Notes: generated from the sequence alone by a model not told the origin. DNA of 64,000 bases from an uncultured Myxococcales bacterium (GCA_903883645.1 CAISBR010000080.1:21069-85068), one strand, 5' to 3'. Counted from the stretch's first letter, positions 1-10,322 are shown. Made by a program: numbers and translations.

Positions 1-355
1 CCCCCTTGACGACAGCGGCATCCCGGGAAGTCCGCGTGGCAGCGAGCTTTTGTTTGGCGCCGCCGCGGGGGCGCGATGGCTAGTCGACCATGGCGAACAC
101 GCGGTTGCGGTGGGGCCCGAGCTTCGTGGCCAGACGCCCCTGAAGAGCTTGTTTGCGCAAGGCTATACCGGGGTTGAGGCGCTACTGGGCGCTCGCTTCG
201 AAAGCACCCGCAGCGATGGCAGCAACGTAAGGTATCGCGCTGCACTGGGCTACGGCCTGCGCCCCGAGTTCGGCACCCCCGAGTGGCGCGCAGTGCTAGG
301 GGTCGAGATGTTTGGTCGCAGCCCTGGGCTGGCCAGTCCGGCGGCACAGCGCTAG
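1..355 (+). CDS. 3' end of a gene whose start lies upstream of the window; hypothetical protein (C-terminal 118 aa)
   Basis: The reading frame runs open from nt 2 with no upstream stop and reaches a stop at 353-355. No recognisable motif. Confidence 0.3.
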   Translation, partial: PLDDSGIPGSPRGSELLFGAAAGARWLVDHGEHAVAVGPELRGQTPLKSLFAQGYTGVEALLGARFESTRSDGSNVRYRAALGYGLRPEFGTPEWRAVLGVEMFGRSPGLASPAAQR

Positions 356-503
356 CACGGCGCGGTCTAAATCCTGAATACACAAAGAATCTGCTTGTAG
401 TCGCGCAATGTTGCAGAAGCGCTTGCGGGCGCGCCGCGGTCCAGGTACCTTGCAAGATGGGTTGGCTCGCCGGTGCGAGCGCCCCTTTATGCGGAGGCAG
501 CAG

Positions 504-2759
504 ATGGCACAGAGCTTGGCCAAGACAGGCAACCCCAACCGAGCGCTTCAGCCACGCAGCCTAGCGTGGGCCATGGCGCTGCTGCTAGTAGCCCTCGCGG
601 CGTGCAGCAATAGCGGCACCAGTGGCAGCCAAAGCAGCACGGGCTCCGGCTTTACCATCCCCACCGGCAACGGCACAGTGACCGGCAAAGATGCCACGAG
701 CAGCGGCGCAAAAGACGTGCAGGCCACCGGGCAAGATGCGACTACGCCAGCCGACGATGCCGCTCCGGGCACCGACGATGCCGCAACACCGCAAGACGAT
801 ATCGAGCCGGGTACGGACGACGCGGCGCAACCCCAAGACGATGCCGAACAACCCCAAGGCGATGCAACGGTGCCGCAAGACGACGCGGCGCCCGATGCAG
901 CGCCGCCATGCGCGACCGGCGACGAAGACCAAGACGGCGTTTGCGCTTGTCTCGACCCCCAAAACACCACCGCCGACTGCGACTGCGACGACAACAATCC
1001 AAACTTTGCAACGAACTGCCCCAAGTGCGCCACCACGCCCGGCATCCCCGGCTGCTTGTGCAAAAGCGGCGCCAAGCCCGTGGGCTGCTACGACGGCGAC
1101 CCGAACTGGGTGGGCAAGGGCAGCTGCATCTCTGGGCAACACCTGTGCCAGGGCGGGTTTTGGTCGGAATGCCTGGGCGAAACCTTCCCCGAGCCCGAGA
1201 AATGCGACAGCAAGGACAACGACTGCGACGGCGAGACCGACGAGGGCGTGAAGTCGACCTGCGGCACCTGCGACCTGACCTGCAACGAGCAGAAGATCGG
1301 CGGCAGCGGCGCCATCAAGTGGAACCTGAACAGCGAGAATTCGACCGGCCTGGGCCTGACGCCGCAGGGCGACGTGACGCTCGATACCTCGCAGATCAGC
1401 TTGAAGCTCAAGTTTTTGTGGGCGTCGAACTCGCCCGACAACACCGTAAGCAAGGTCGACTGCAAGACGGCCAAAGAGGTGGGGCGCTACTCGGTGTGTG
1501 TCGACCCGTCGCGCACCTCGGTCGACTTGGACGGCAATGTGTTTGTGGCGTGCCGCGGTGATGCGCGTGTGGCCAAAATCATGGCTGAAACCAAGAATTG
1601 CGTCGACAAGAACGGCAACGGCGTCATCGACACGGCCAGCGATCTCAATGGCGACGGCAACGTGCAACCCAACGAAATGGTGAGTAACGACGAGTGCGTG
1701 CTGTTCATTGTGCAACCGCTGGGACCCGGCTCGAACAGCGCGATTGCCCGCGGCGCGGCGGTAGACAAATTCAACAATGTCTACATCGGGTTTTGGAACA
1801 TGGGCAAGGTCGCCTACGTCGACGGCAAGACCGGCGCGACACTAAAGGTCATCGACTGGCAGTGCGGCACATACGGCTTGGTCGTGGACCAAAAGGGCTA
1901 CTTGTGGGGCCAGGGCTCGGCGTGCGGCAGCTTGATGATGTACAGCCCAACGGATGATAAGTGGATGAAAGCGCTGTCGTACTCGGCGAACGGCCTGGGA
2001 CCGTACGGCATCAACGTCGACGGCGTGGGCCGCATTTGGCTGGGCGGCTCGCCCGTGTCGCGCTACAACCCGGCCGACGGCAGTGTGCTCAAGTGCAACA
2101 CCAGCTGTGCCGGACTGGCCACGTCGAACAACGGCATCGTGTTCTTAGCCAAAGACGGCGGCGGCATTGGCAAAATTGACGGCGAGACCTGCCAAGACTT
2201 GGGCACTACGCAGGTGGGCGGCCACGCACCGCACGGCGTCGCCATCGACTTTGACGGCTTTGTTTGGGGCGTAAACTGGAGCGGCGGCAACACGGTCGAC
2301 AAGATTGACCCCGGGCTGCCCAACGCCAAGATCGGCAACGTGGTCGCCACGCGGCAGATCGGCAACAACCCGTACACCTATTCGGACATGACCGGCTACA
2401 CGCTGAACTACTTCACCGCGCCCAAAGGCCAGTTTACTACGGTGTTTTTTGGCGGCATTGGCAGCAATCCGATCACCACCAACGCGCCCAAGCAGGTGTG
2501 GCAAAGCCTAGCGGCCGAAGCCGACCTGCCCGAGGGCACCAGCCTGAGCATTCGCATGCGCGCAGCGAACAACAGCCTCGACCTCGAGGCCGCCAAGTGG
2601 TCGGAACCCGTAAGCTTTCCGCCCGAAGTCTTCCCCTACGATCTGAGCAAGGCCGGCATCATTGGCAACTTGCTGCAAGTCGAAGTGCAACTGATAACGA
2701 AAGACAAGAAGCTGGCGCCGGTGCTCAAGTCGCTGTCGGCCAAGTCGAAGCTGATGTAG
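504..2759 (+). CDS. Secreted lipoprotein with an acidic Pro/Asp/Ala-rich repeat linker, a Cys-rich region and a C-terminal beta-propeller-like (NHL/SGL-like) region
   Basis: ATG at 504 gives a signal peptide ending in the lipobox L-A-A-C (MAQSLAKTGNPNRALQPRSLAWAMALLLVALAAC). Imperfect tandem repeats PxDDAAxPxTDDAA. Propeller-like strand motifs such as DLDGNVFVACRGDARVAKI. ORF runs 408..2759 in the track. Confidence 0.6.
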   Translation: MAQSLAKTGNPNRALQPRSLAWAMALLLVALAACSNSGTSGSQSSTGSGFTIPTGNGTVTGKDATSSGAKDVQATGQDATTPADDAAPGTDDAATPQDDIEPGTDDAAQPQDDAEQPQGDATVPQDDAAPDAAPPCATGDEDQDGVCACLDPQNTTADCDCDDNNPNFATNCPKCATTPGIPGCLCKSGAKPVGCYDGDPNWVGKGSCISGQHLCQGGFWSECLGETFPEPEKCDSKDNDCDGETDEGVKSTCGTCDLTCNEQKIGGSGAIKWNLNSENSTGLGLTPQGDVTLDTSQISLKLKFLWASNSPDNTVSKVDCKTAKEVGRYSVCVDPSRTSVDLDGNVFVACRGDARVAKIMAETKNCVDKNGNGVIDTASDLNGDGNVQPNEMVSNDECVLFIVQPLGPGSNSAIARGAAVDKFNNVYIGFWNMGKVAYVDGKTGATLKVIDWQCGTYGLVVDQKGYLWGQGSACGSLMMYSPTDDKWMKALSYSANGLGPYGINVDGVGRIWLGGSPVSRYNPADGSVLKCNTSCAGLATSNNGIVFLAKDGGGIGKIDGETCQDLGTTQVGGHAPHGVAIDFDGFVWGVNWSGGNTVDKIDPGLPNAKIGNVVATRQIGNNPYTYSDMTGYTLNYFTAPKGQFTTVFFGGIGSNPITTNAPKQVWQSLAAEADLPEGTSLSIRMRAANNSLDLEAAKWSEPVSFPPEVFPYDLSKAGIIGNLLQVEVQLITKDKKLAPVLKSLSAKSKLM

Positions 2760-2873
2760 CGATCGGGTTTGATCTTTAGAAACAAGAACATCTAGCCCAT
2801 CGATTGCGGCGCGCGCCTCGGCTTGAAACGCGCGGGCGCTCGGCGTAACGTGCGGCGTCTTTTGGAGGGTACC

Positions 2874-4373
2874 GTGGCAGCCAATCTTCTCATTCCCAAT
2901 CTGGATCCGCGGGCGCTGGCTCGCGAATTGAGCAACAAGCACTTGATCGGTGGACGCCTTGTGGCGCCGGCGAGCGGCAAGGGCTTTGACGTGCGCCACC
3001 CCGCGACCATGGAAGTGTTTGCCCAGGCCGCCGAGGGCGATGCCAGCGATGTCGATGCCGCGGTCAAAGTGGCAGCAACTGCGCAGAAAGACTGGGCTAA
3101 GTTGCCGGCTCGCCAGCGCGGTCGAATGCTGGCCGAGGCGGCGCGGCTGCTCGAAGCGCACAAAGAAGAGCTGGCGCAGCTAGTCTGCCTAGAAACGGGT
3201 AAGGCGATTCGCACCGAGTGCCGCGGCGAGGCGGCGATCCACATTGATACCTATCTGTTTTTTGCTGGGCTGGCGAGCGAACTGAAGGGCGAGACCATCC
3301 CGTATTCGCCCGATGTGCTGGCGATGACCGTGCGCGAGCCGCTGGGTGTGGTGGCGGCGATTATCCCGTGGAATGTGCCGATGGGGCTGATGGCGCTGAA
3401 AGTGGCGCCGGCGCTGGTGGCGGGCAATGCCGTGGTGGTCAAGTCGGCCGAAGAAGCGCCGTTTTGCACGCTGCGGGCCTGCCAAATCATGAATCAGGTG
3501 CTGCCGCCGGGGGTGTTCAACATCCTGAGCGGCATGGGGCCGGAGTGCGGCGGGCCGCTGGCGGCTCATCCGCTGGTCAAGAAAGTGACGTTTACGGGTT
3601 CGGTGGCGGCGGGCAAGTCGGTGGCGCTGGCGGCGGCCAAGAAGCTGATTCCGGTTACGCTGGAACTGGGCGGTAAGTCGCCGATGATCGTGCTTGAAGA
3701 CGCGGACTTGGATAGGGCGGTCGAAGGCGCGGTAGTGTCGATGCGCTTTACCCGCCAGGGCCAGAGCTGCAGCGCGGCGAGCCGGATGCTGGTGCATACC
3801 AGCCTGCACGACGAGTTTGTAAAGCGACTGAAAGCCAAGGTGGATCAGTTCGTGATGGGCGACCCCTTTGACGAGGCGACGGACATTGGCTCGATCGTGT
3901 CGCCCGGGCAGTACGAAACTGTGCAGAAGTACTTGAAGATTGGCGACGCCACCCCCGGCGCGGTGGGGCATCGCTGCAGCCAAGTGCCCACGGCGCCGCA
4001 CCTAAAGAACGGCCTGTTTGTGCAGCCGGTGCTGTTTACGGGCCTGCCGCGCGACTCGGCGGTGGTATGCGAAGAGATCTTTGGGCCGGTGACGACGATC
4101 CTGCCCTTCGACGACTTTGACGACGCCATCGATATGGCCAACAGCACCGAATACGGCCTGGCGGCTACGATTTGGACCAATGACCTAAAGCGGGCGCTGA
4201 CGGGGATGCAGCGGCTCGAGGCGGGCTTTGTGCAGGTCAATCAGAACCTGATTGTGCAGGCCCAGCTGAGCTACGGCGGGATCAAGGCGTCGGGCATGGG
4301 GCGCGAGGCGTCGCTCGAGTCGATGATCGAGCACTTTACCCATAGCAAGACGATTTTGGTGAACTTGAAGTAG
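2874..4373 (+). CDS. NAD(P)+-dependent aldehyde dehydrogenase family protein
   Basis: ALDH hallmarks ELGGKSP and VTFTGS, plus the catalytic Cys region (QGQSCSAASR). About 500 aa. GTG at 2874 is preceded by GGAGGG; the ORF opens at TTG 2823, so the start is uncertain. Confidence 0.85.
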   Translation: MAANLLIPNLDPRALARELSNKHLIGGRLVAPASGKGFDVRHPATMEVFAQAAEGDASDVDAAVKVAATAQKDWAKLPARQRGRMLAEAARLLEAHKEELAQLVCLETGKAIRTECRGEAAIHIDTYLFFAGLASELKGETIPYSPDVLAMTVREPLGVVAAIIPWNVPMGLMALKVAPALVAGNAVVVKSAEEAPFCTLRACQIMNQVLPPGVFNILSGMGPECGGPLAAHPLVKKVTFTGSVAAGKSVALAAAKKLIPVTLELGGKSPMIVLEDADLDRAVEGAVVSMRFTRQGQSCSAASRMLVHTSLHDEFVKRLKAKVDQFVMGDPFDEATDIGSIVSPGQYETVQKYLKIGDATPGAVGHRCSQVPTAPHLKNGLFVQPVLFTGLPRDSAVVCEEIFGPVTTILPFDDFDDAIDMANSTEYGLAATIWTNDLKRALTGMQRLEAGFVQVNQNLIVQAQLSYGGIKASGMGREASLESMIEHFTHSKTILVNLK

Positions 4374-4388
4374 CGGCGGCGTTTCGCC

Positions 4389-5204
4389 CTACTTCACCTT
4401 CAGCAGCTCGGACAGGTTGGGCATCAGCAAGAACTCGACGCGGCGGTTCTTTTGCTTGCCTTCGGGTGTCGCATTCTCGGCCACGGGCTGATAGAAGGCG
4501 TAACCGCCCGAAGACAGGGTCTTGCCGTTCACGCCCTCTTTGATAAGAAAGCGCACGACGGTCAGCGCTCGCTCCATCGACAAGCCCCAGTTCTTTTCTT
4601 CGTCGCCCTGATCGTCGGTGTGGCCGGCGACCTGGAACAGCCTGTCGGGCATCAGCTTTAGGATGGCCGCCAGCTCGCGCAGCACGCCTGAAGCCTCGTC
4701 TTTGAGCTTGGCCTTGCCCGAGTCGAACAGGATGTCGCCCGACAGCGCGATGATGAGGAAGCCGTTGCGCTCTTTGACGTCGAGCTTGCCGGCGGCGCGC
4801 ATCGACTCGAGGGCTTGGCGCACCTTGTCGATGCTGGCCTTGACTTGCGCCAAGCGGCTTTGGGCGTCGTCGCGCTCGCGGTTGCACTGGGCGAGCAGCT
4901 TGCCCTTGTCGCCACCGGCGGCCACACAGGCATCGTATTGCTTTTGCAGTGAGGCCTTTTCGTCAGCGGCTTTGGCGGCAGCGGCGGCGGCGGCATCTTT
5001 GGCAGCGGCCTCTTGGGCAGCCTTATCGTCGGCGCACTTCTTTTGCTCGGCGGCAAAAGCTTCGTCGGCGGCCTTCTTATCGGCGGCCATGGTGGCTTTT
5101 AAGTCGTTGAGATCTTTATCGTACTTTGACTGCATCACGCAGCCTTGACTAAGGGCGACGGCACCTACAGCGGCACTGAGCGCGAGCATTTGCACAAAAC
5201 GCAT
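4389..5204 (-). CDS. OmpA-family lipoprotein (coiled-coil N-terminal region plus C-terminal OmpA/MotB peptidoglycan-binding domain)
   Basis: ATG at 5204 with a GGAGAGG RBS. Signal/lipobox MRFVQMLALSAAVGAVALSQGC. C-terminal OmpA-like motifs (GHTDDQGDEEKNWGLSMERA, NRRVEF). Confidence 0.8.
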   Translation of the reverse strand: MRFVQMLALSAAVGAVALSQGCVMQSKYDKDLNDLKATMAADKKAADEAFAAEQKKCADDKAAQEAAAKDAAAAAAAKAADEKASLQKQYDACVAAGGDKGKLLAQCNRERDDAQSRLAQVKASIDKVRQALESMRAAGKLDVKERNGFLIIALSGDILFDSGKAKLKDEASGVLRELAAILKLMPDRLFQVAGHTDDQGDEEKNWGLSMERALTVVRFLIKEGVNGKTLSSGGYAFYQPVAENATPEGKQKNRRVEFLLMPNLSELLKVK

Positions 5205-5330
5205 GGTCCTCTCCTGGCGGCGCGGCGGCCTGCCTTGGCTGGCAGGGTAGCACGGCCGCAAAATCTGGCGAAAATCCCCGCGCTGGCCGTGGCGCTTGCG
5301 CTGCCCCCCGGTTTTGTCCAGCATCAAGGG

Positions 5331-7025
5331 ATGCGCACCCTGCCCCCGCTGCTGCTTGTTCTGTGCCTGCTCCAGGCGCTGCTGGGCTGTCGCGATGCGC
5401 CGGCGTATATCGACCCCAGCCGCTTTGACCAGGCCGCCAAGACCACCGGTGGGCCGCGGCCGCGGCTGTTTGCCCGCAACTTGGCGACGCGCGAGAAGCT
5501 GCCCGAAGCGCTGGTGGCCGACGCGCTACAGATGGGTTGGATCTGCCTGGATCTGCCCAAGAAACCGCGGCCGCGGCTGCTACCGATGCGGGGTGACGGC
5601 AAGCTGCGGGTGATCGAGCGCGACGACCATGCCGCGTGGCAGGTGCTGGCGGTCGACTTGGCGACGCGCACCGCCACGGTCGAGACTGCCCTGCCCGACT
5701 GGCACGCTGAGCCGGTGAGCAACGGCTGGGTGGTGACGAGTGCGAGCGCGCCGACGCTGACGGACGACGATGCGCGGGCCCTGGCGATCGATGTGAGTGC
5801 TACCGGCGAGCCGACAACGCTGGGTGGACTGTGGTGGCTGCAGCCGGCGCCGGTGGACCTTGCCCCCACAGCGACGCATGTCGAGAGCTTTGTGACGGAT
5901 GCCGCGAGTCTTACGGCGTGGTACATCGACGCGCCGGGCGATGGGACCCCGACCCTGTGGCAGGTGGGCCTGGCCGAGGCGCCGACGCCGCTTCTGCTGG
6001 GTGAGGCGGAGCACCTGTGGGGCGTGGTCAACGACGGCAAGCTGCTGGTGGTGCGCGGTGCGGGTGAAAATGGCAGCGAGACTCAGCTGTTTGAGCCTGA
6101 GTCGCGGCGGCGCTGGCGCGTGGGGCCCGATGCCGTGGTGGTAGTGGTGGCGGCAAACCGCATTTTTCTGCAAGACGTGGAGCAGCAACTGTGGACGATT
6201 GGCGAATGGCCGATCGAAGAGGTGCCGCTGCCGGGAGCTCGGCCGGGCGACCGTCTGCTGACTGGCGGTGGCGAGGCGGCGGTGGTACGGCGATTTCCAG
6301 GGCCAGTCGAGCAACTTGCGTGGATCGAGGCGACCACACTGCAGTCCGTGGGCTCGCTGGGGCCGGCGCGGTGGGTAGCGGCGACCCCAATGGGTGGCGG
6401 AGTGGTGGCCGCGCTGGTGGGGCACGACACCAATGGCAGCGGGCTGTTCGACCCGGCCAGCGACGAGGCCGACGTATGCATCGTGGCGCGGGCGCTGCGG
6501 CCGCTGGTGGTGCCCGAGCGAAACATGCCCGCTGGTGCGAACCTAGAGGGGCTACCGGGCGCAACGCTGCATGTGGTGCGGGCCTGGCCCGATGCCCAGA
6601 GCGCGCCGACCGACGAACAAGTGCTGCTGGCTACACTGCAGTTGCCCACGGCCGCATCGTTGACGAGCCTGGCGGAACTGGACTTGGACTGCGGTGTCGG
6701 TCGCGAGCAGGCCCGCTATGTGCAGGCGATTGCAATGGACTCACGGCAGTGGCGCGACCTGTGTGGCGACAATCGCTCGCCGCGCTGGCTGCCCGACGCG
6801 TGGATGCATCCGGGATGGAGCGTGGGCCGCAACCTAGCGCGGCGCGACGAGAACGACGATGGCGAACGGATTGCATCGCGCAGCGGCGAGAACAGCCGGA
6901 CTAACCGCCAGCCCAGGGCGGCGCGGCAAACGCGGCCACCAGCGCATCGACAAAAAGCCGAACCTTTGTCGAAAGATGGCGACCGTGCGGATAAACGGCC
7001 GACAAGTACGAACCAGGCTCACTGA
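5331..7025 (+). CDS. Hypothetical lipoprotein (564 aa)
   Basis: ATG at 5331 gives MRTLPPLLLVLCLLQALLGC (lipobox). No recognisable domain. The 3' end overlaps the convergent LysR gene by 125 nt, so the end coordinate is suspect. Confidence 0.45.
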   Translation: MRTLPPLLLVLCLLQALLGCRDAPAYIDPSRFDQAAKTTGGPRPRLFARNLATREKLPEALVADALQMGWICLDLPKKPRPRLLPMRGDGKLRVIERDDHAAWQVLAVDLATRTATVETALPDWHAEPVSNGWVVTSASAPTLTDDDARALAIDVSATGEPTTLGGLWWLQPAPVDLAPTATHVESFVTDAASLTAWYIDAPGDGTPTLWQVGLAEAPTPLLLGEAEHLWGVVNDGKLLVVRGAGENGSETQLFEPESRRRWRVGPDAVVVVVAANRIFLQDVEQQLWTIGEWPIEEVPLPGARPGDRLLTGGGEAAVVRRFPGPVEQLAWIEATTLQSVGSLGPARWVAATPMGGGVVAALVGHDTNGSGLFDPASDEADVCIVARALRPLVVPERNMPAGANLEGLPGATLHVVRAWPDAQSAPTDEQVLLATLQLPTAASLTSLAELDLDCGVGREQARYVQAIAMDSRQWRDLCGDNRSPRWLPDAWMHPGWSVGRNLARRDENDDGERIASRSGENSRTNRQPRAARQTRPPAHRQKAEPLSKDGDRADKRPTSTNQAH

Positions 7026-7812
7026 ACTCGTCGAAAAGTGTAAGCAGCTCGCCCGAGCGAATCGACGGACCGCACATAAAGTCGGGCGTCACCGCAATGC
7101 CCAGGCCCGCTTTGACTGCCGCCAACACCACATCACCGTTATTGCTGCGCAAATCGCCGTGGGTATGCACGGCCAGCGGGCCTTCGGGCAACGCAAACGT
7201 CCAGGTCTGGCCCACGGAAGAGTAGGTATATTGCAGGCAATTGTGCTGCGACAGCTCGCTCGGGTGGCTCGGCCGGCCGTGAACATCCAGATACGCTTGC
7301 GCCACCACCACATGCAGCCTGATGGGGCACAGCTTGCGCGCAATGAGCGAGCTGTCGCCCAGCCGGCCAATGCGCACGGCGACATCAAAGCCCTCTTCGA
7401 GCAGGTCGACGCGGCGGTCCGAAAGGTCGAGATCGATGTTTAACTCTTTGTACTTACCAACAAACTCGGCGATCATCGGCCCTAGATAACGCACACCAAA
7501 GCTGAGCGGCCCCGATACCCGCAGGCGACCCCGCGGCTGGGTCTGCAGCTGCGATACCGTGGCCTCGGCGTCTTCGACCTCGGCGGCAATGCGGGCACAG
7601 CGCTCATAAAACGCGGCACCTGCGTCGGTCAGGGCCAGTCGCCGGGTAGTGCGCTGCAAAAGTCGAGCGCCTACAGCATCTTCGAGCTGGGCGACCTGCT
7701 TGCTCACGGTCGACTTGCTCTGACCCAGGCGGCGAGCGGCCCCCGAGAACGAGTTCTCTTCGACAACCCGAGCAAATACGAGCATGGCATTGACGTCTAA
7801 ATTCGCGCTCAT
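6901..7812 (-). CDS. LysR-family transcriptional regulator
   Basis: N-terminal HTH typical of LysR (MSANLDVNAMLVFARVVEENSFSGAARRLGQSKSTVSKQV). 303 aa from ATG 7812, preceded by GAGGTGG. The listed ORF extends to 8067, which looks like read-through of an open frame. Confidence 0.85.
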   Translation of the reverse strand: MSANLDVNAMLVFARVVEENSFSGAARRLGQSKSTVSKQVAQLEDAVGARLLQRTTRRLALTDAGAAFYERCARIAAEVEDAEATVSQLQTQPRGRLRVSGPLSFGVRYLGPMIAEFVGKYKELNIDLDLSDRRVDLLEEGFDVAVRIGRLGDSSLIARKLCPIRLHVVVAQAYLDVHGRPSHPSELSQHNCLQYTYSSVGQTWTFALPEGPLAVHTHGDLRSNNGDVVLAAVKAGLGIAVTPDFMCGPSIRSGELLTLFDEFSEPGSYLSAVYPHGRHLSTKVRLFVDALVAAFAAPPWAGG

Positions 7813-7857
7813 GACCACCTCGTGGGCAGCGTGCGGCCCGTGGCGGCGGCGATGGTA

Positions 7858-7869
7858 CCGCAATTGCGG
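7858..7869. promoter_or_regulatory. Perfect 12-bp palindrome CCGCAATTGCGG in the divergent LysR/ATP-grasp intergenic region; candidate operator
   Basis: Exact inverted repeat read from the sequence at 7858-7869, between divergent starts at 7812 and 7951. Confidence 0.3.
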
Positions 7870-7950
7870 CGCGCCGTGAGGGGATTGGCTTGACTGCTGT
7901 CGCAAAGGCCCGACCATAGGCAGGTGGGCACCCGCCCGCAGAAGTTGCTT

Positions 7951-9162
7951 ATGCGCAATGTCGTCTTTGTCGCTCCGTTCCCCATGGATGCAACCTTGCG
8001 TTTTGCCAGGGGTCTTTCGTCGCTGCAGCGTGTGCGCTTGCTCGGCGTGCTGCAACAGGCGCCGCACACCGACGTCAGCCCCTTTGACGACGTGGAACTC
8101 GTGGCCGACGCGCTAAACCCCGACGACATCGCCGAAGCGTGTGAAAACTTGGCCGAAAGGTGGGGCTCCCTGCACCGCGTGACTGGAATCTTGGAACCGC
8201 TGCAGGTGCCCCTTGCCGAAGTGCGCGAGCGTTTGGGGATCGAGGGACCCGACGCGGAGACCGCTCGGCGCTTTCGCGACAAGGCGCTCATGAAGGATAC
8301 GCTGCGGGCGGCCGGAATCCCGTGTGCGCGCCATCGGTTGTGCCACGATCGGCCCCAGGTAGCGGCAGCGGTGAAAGAGCTGGGGCTGCCGGTCGTCTGC
8401 AAGCCACCCGAAGGTGCCGGTTGCCGTGGAACATGGCGAATTGACAGCGAGATTGACCTTTCGGAGCTGTTGCGCGCGGTGCAGCCGACGGCGCAATCCC
8501 CCCTGCTGGTCGAAGAATTTCTGCAAGGCGACGAGGGCAGCTTTGAGATGGTGGTGATCGGCGGCGAGGTGGTGGCGCGTTCGGTGTCGCGCTACTTGCC
8601 CGGGCCGCTCGAAGCGCTGCGTAACCCCTGGATGCAATGGGTATGTTGGCTGCCACGGCGACTGCCCGAGGGGGAGTACGGCGACCTGTTCAAGCTTGGG
8701 CCGAAGGTCGTGCAAGTGCTTGGCCTGCGCGACGGCATTGCGCACATGGAGTGGTTCCGTAGGCAAGACGGCACGTTGGCGGTGGGCGAGGTGGCGGCGC
8801 GGCCACCCGGCGGGCAACTGAGCCTGATGACCGGCCATGTGCACGGCGCTGACATTTACCGCACCTGGGCGCAGGCGGTGGTCGATGGCGAATTTGATGG
8901 TCCGTGGCAGCGACAAGCCTCGGCAGGTACTGCCTTTTTGCGCGGCCAGGGTAGCGGGCGGGTCGCGGCCATCGATGGGCTGCACGAGGCCTACCAAGCC
9001 GTGGGCGAGATGGTGATCGAGGCACGCCTGCCGCGCATTGGCCAAGGCAAGAACGACAGCTACGAGGGCGAGGGCTACATCGTTATCGAGCACGAAGATG
9101 AAAAGCGGGTACTGGCGGGGCTGAAGGCTATCGTCGAAAATGTGCGAATTCGCTACGCGTAA
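7951..9162 (+). CDS. ATP-grasp domain protein (carboxylate-amine/peptide ligase-like)
   Basis: ATP-grasp fold motifs (LPVVCKPPEGAGCRG, EEFLQGDEGSFEMVVIGGEV). Divergent from the LysR regulator. ATG at 7951; the ORF opens at GTG 7924. Confidence 0.7.
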   Translation: MRNVVFVAPFPMDATLRFARGLSSLQRVRLLGVLQQAPHTDVSPFDDVELVADALNPDDIAEACENLAERWGSLHRVTGILEPLQVPLAEVRERLGIEGPDAETARRFRDKALMKDTLRAAGIPCARHRLCHDRPQVAAAVKELGLPVVCKPPEGAGCRGTWRIDSEIDLSELLRAVQPTAQSPLLVEEFLQGDEGSFEMVVIGGEVVARSVSRYLPGPLEALRNPWMQWVCWLPRRLPEGEYGDLFKLGPKVVQVLGLRDGIAHMEWFRRQDGTLAVGEVAARPPGGQLSLMTGHVHGADIYRTWAQAVVDGEFDGPWQRQASAGTAFLRGQGSGRVAAIDGLHEAYQAVGEMVIEARLPRIGQGKNDSYEGEGYIVIEHEDEKRVLAGLKAIVENVRIRYA

Positions 9163-10322
9163 CGCACTTCTGCCTCGGACTGCGCACCTGCAGCGTCGGC
9201 AGCGATGAAGCGAGCCACTTGGCCCCACAGCACCTCGAACTGGGGCCGCTTGAAGCCCGAACCACAGGTAATCCAATCGTAATGCGGCGGATCGTGGGTC
9301 GGATCGTCAAAGTGGCCGATCAGATCGTGGTGGTCGGCGTGGGCGACATGAATGACCTCGCCCCAGATCTGACTCAGCGTCGGCACAAAACCATCGCTGT
9401 GCTGCGACTCGGGCAAAGTGCCAAAACTAGCTGTTAGAGCATGTACTTGGGCGGCATTGGGCAGCGGCAGCCGGTCGTTCGGCATGCGCGAGGTCGCCGC
9501 CCACAGGCCCGCGTACAGCGCGTGACTGGCCTGCGAATAGGCTGAAAGCCCAGCAGAAACCGTGGTACCCACCCCAGGCGATCGCGCACGAGCCACTACG
9601 CTGCCGTAGCGCACCCCCGGCACATCGCGGTTGTGGGCATTAAACGTACCCATCGCCGCTGGCACCAGCTGCTGAATCAGCGACTGATCCTGATTAACCT
9701 CTCGGAAAAACTCGCGAATCTCGCGCTGTCGCTCGGCCGAAAAGTCGCCTAGCAGCTGGTCGTAGACCTGGTCCATCGGGTCGTCGGTCGACACTTGCCG
9801 GTCGAGCTTGACCAGCACGCCCGCCATCTGCAGCAGGGCGGATATCGGTAATCGCCCGTAACGCAACGAGTAAATCATCGATAGCGACAGGAGCTTCAGC
9901 AAACGGGCGCCCGGCACGGTCATGAAGAACGAGGCGAGCGGCGTGCCGTAATGGGGCGTCGCGACAGTGGTTACGCTGCGAATGCGCTGACCGATGGCCT
10001 CGGCCGGCAGCTCGGTGGCCAGCGACGCGCCCGCGACCACCAAATGGCGGCAATCGAGACCGCCCGAGCTGTGGCCCACCAGGTGAATCGGCTCGTCGCC
10101 TTCGGGGGTAACCTCAGCAATTTGTTCGAGCAAACGGTGGGCGCGCCGCCGCACCGACGACGTGGGCCAGGTCTTGACGTTGACCACCACCGCGTCGATG
10201 CCCTGCCGCGCCAAGGCCGCCAGCAGCAGCTCGCGGACGTGGGCGAAGTACTTGAGATCACCCAGATTGGCAAAGCCAAAAAAGCCGGGAACCAAGAAGA
10301 CGTAATGCCGCGGACGGGCCAT
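9153..10322 (-). CDS. Alpha/beta-hydrolase, lipase-like (GHSxG nucleophile motif)
   Basis: HLVGHSSGGL lipase/esterase motif. N-terminus VFLVPGFFGF is typical of lipase class 2-like hydrolases. ATG at 10322. Confidence 0.7.
   Translation of the reverse strand: MARPRHYVFLVPGFFGFANLGDLKYFAHVRELLLAALARQGIDAVVVNVKTWPTSSVRRRAHRLLEQIAEVTPEGDEPIHLVGHSSGGLDCRHLVVAGASLATELPAEAIGQRIRSVTTVATPHYGTPLASFFMTVPGARLLKLLSLSMIYSLRYGRLPISALLQMAGVLVKLDRQVSTDDPMDQVYDQLLGDFSAERQREIREFFREVNQDQSLIQQLVPAAMGTFNAHNRDVPGVRYGSVVARARSPGVGTTVSAGLSAYSQASHALYAGLWAATSRMPNDRLPLPNAAQVHALTASFGTLPESQHSDGFVPTLSQIWGEVIHVAHADHHDLIGHFDDPTHDPPHYDWITCGSGFKRPQFEVLWGQVARFIAADAAGAQSEAEVRYA

Noticed and set aside
5145-5330. Upstream extension of the lipoprotein ORF (MTKGDG...)
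   Set aside because: It overlaps the OmpA-like gene's start region. The internal ATG at 5331 gives a proper signal peptide with a lipobox.
8113-9276. 387-aa minus-strand ORF antisense to the ATP-grasp gene
   Set aside because: Arg/Ala/Pro-rich composition typical of spurious ORFs in high-GC DNA, and it fully overlaps a gene that has clear family motifs.
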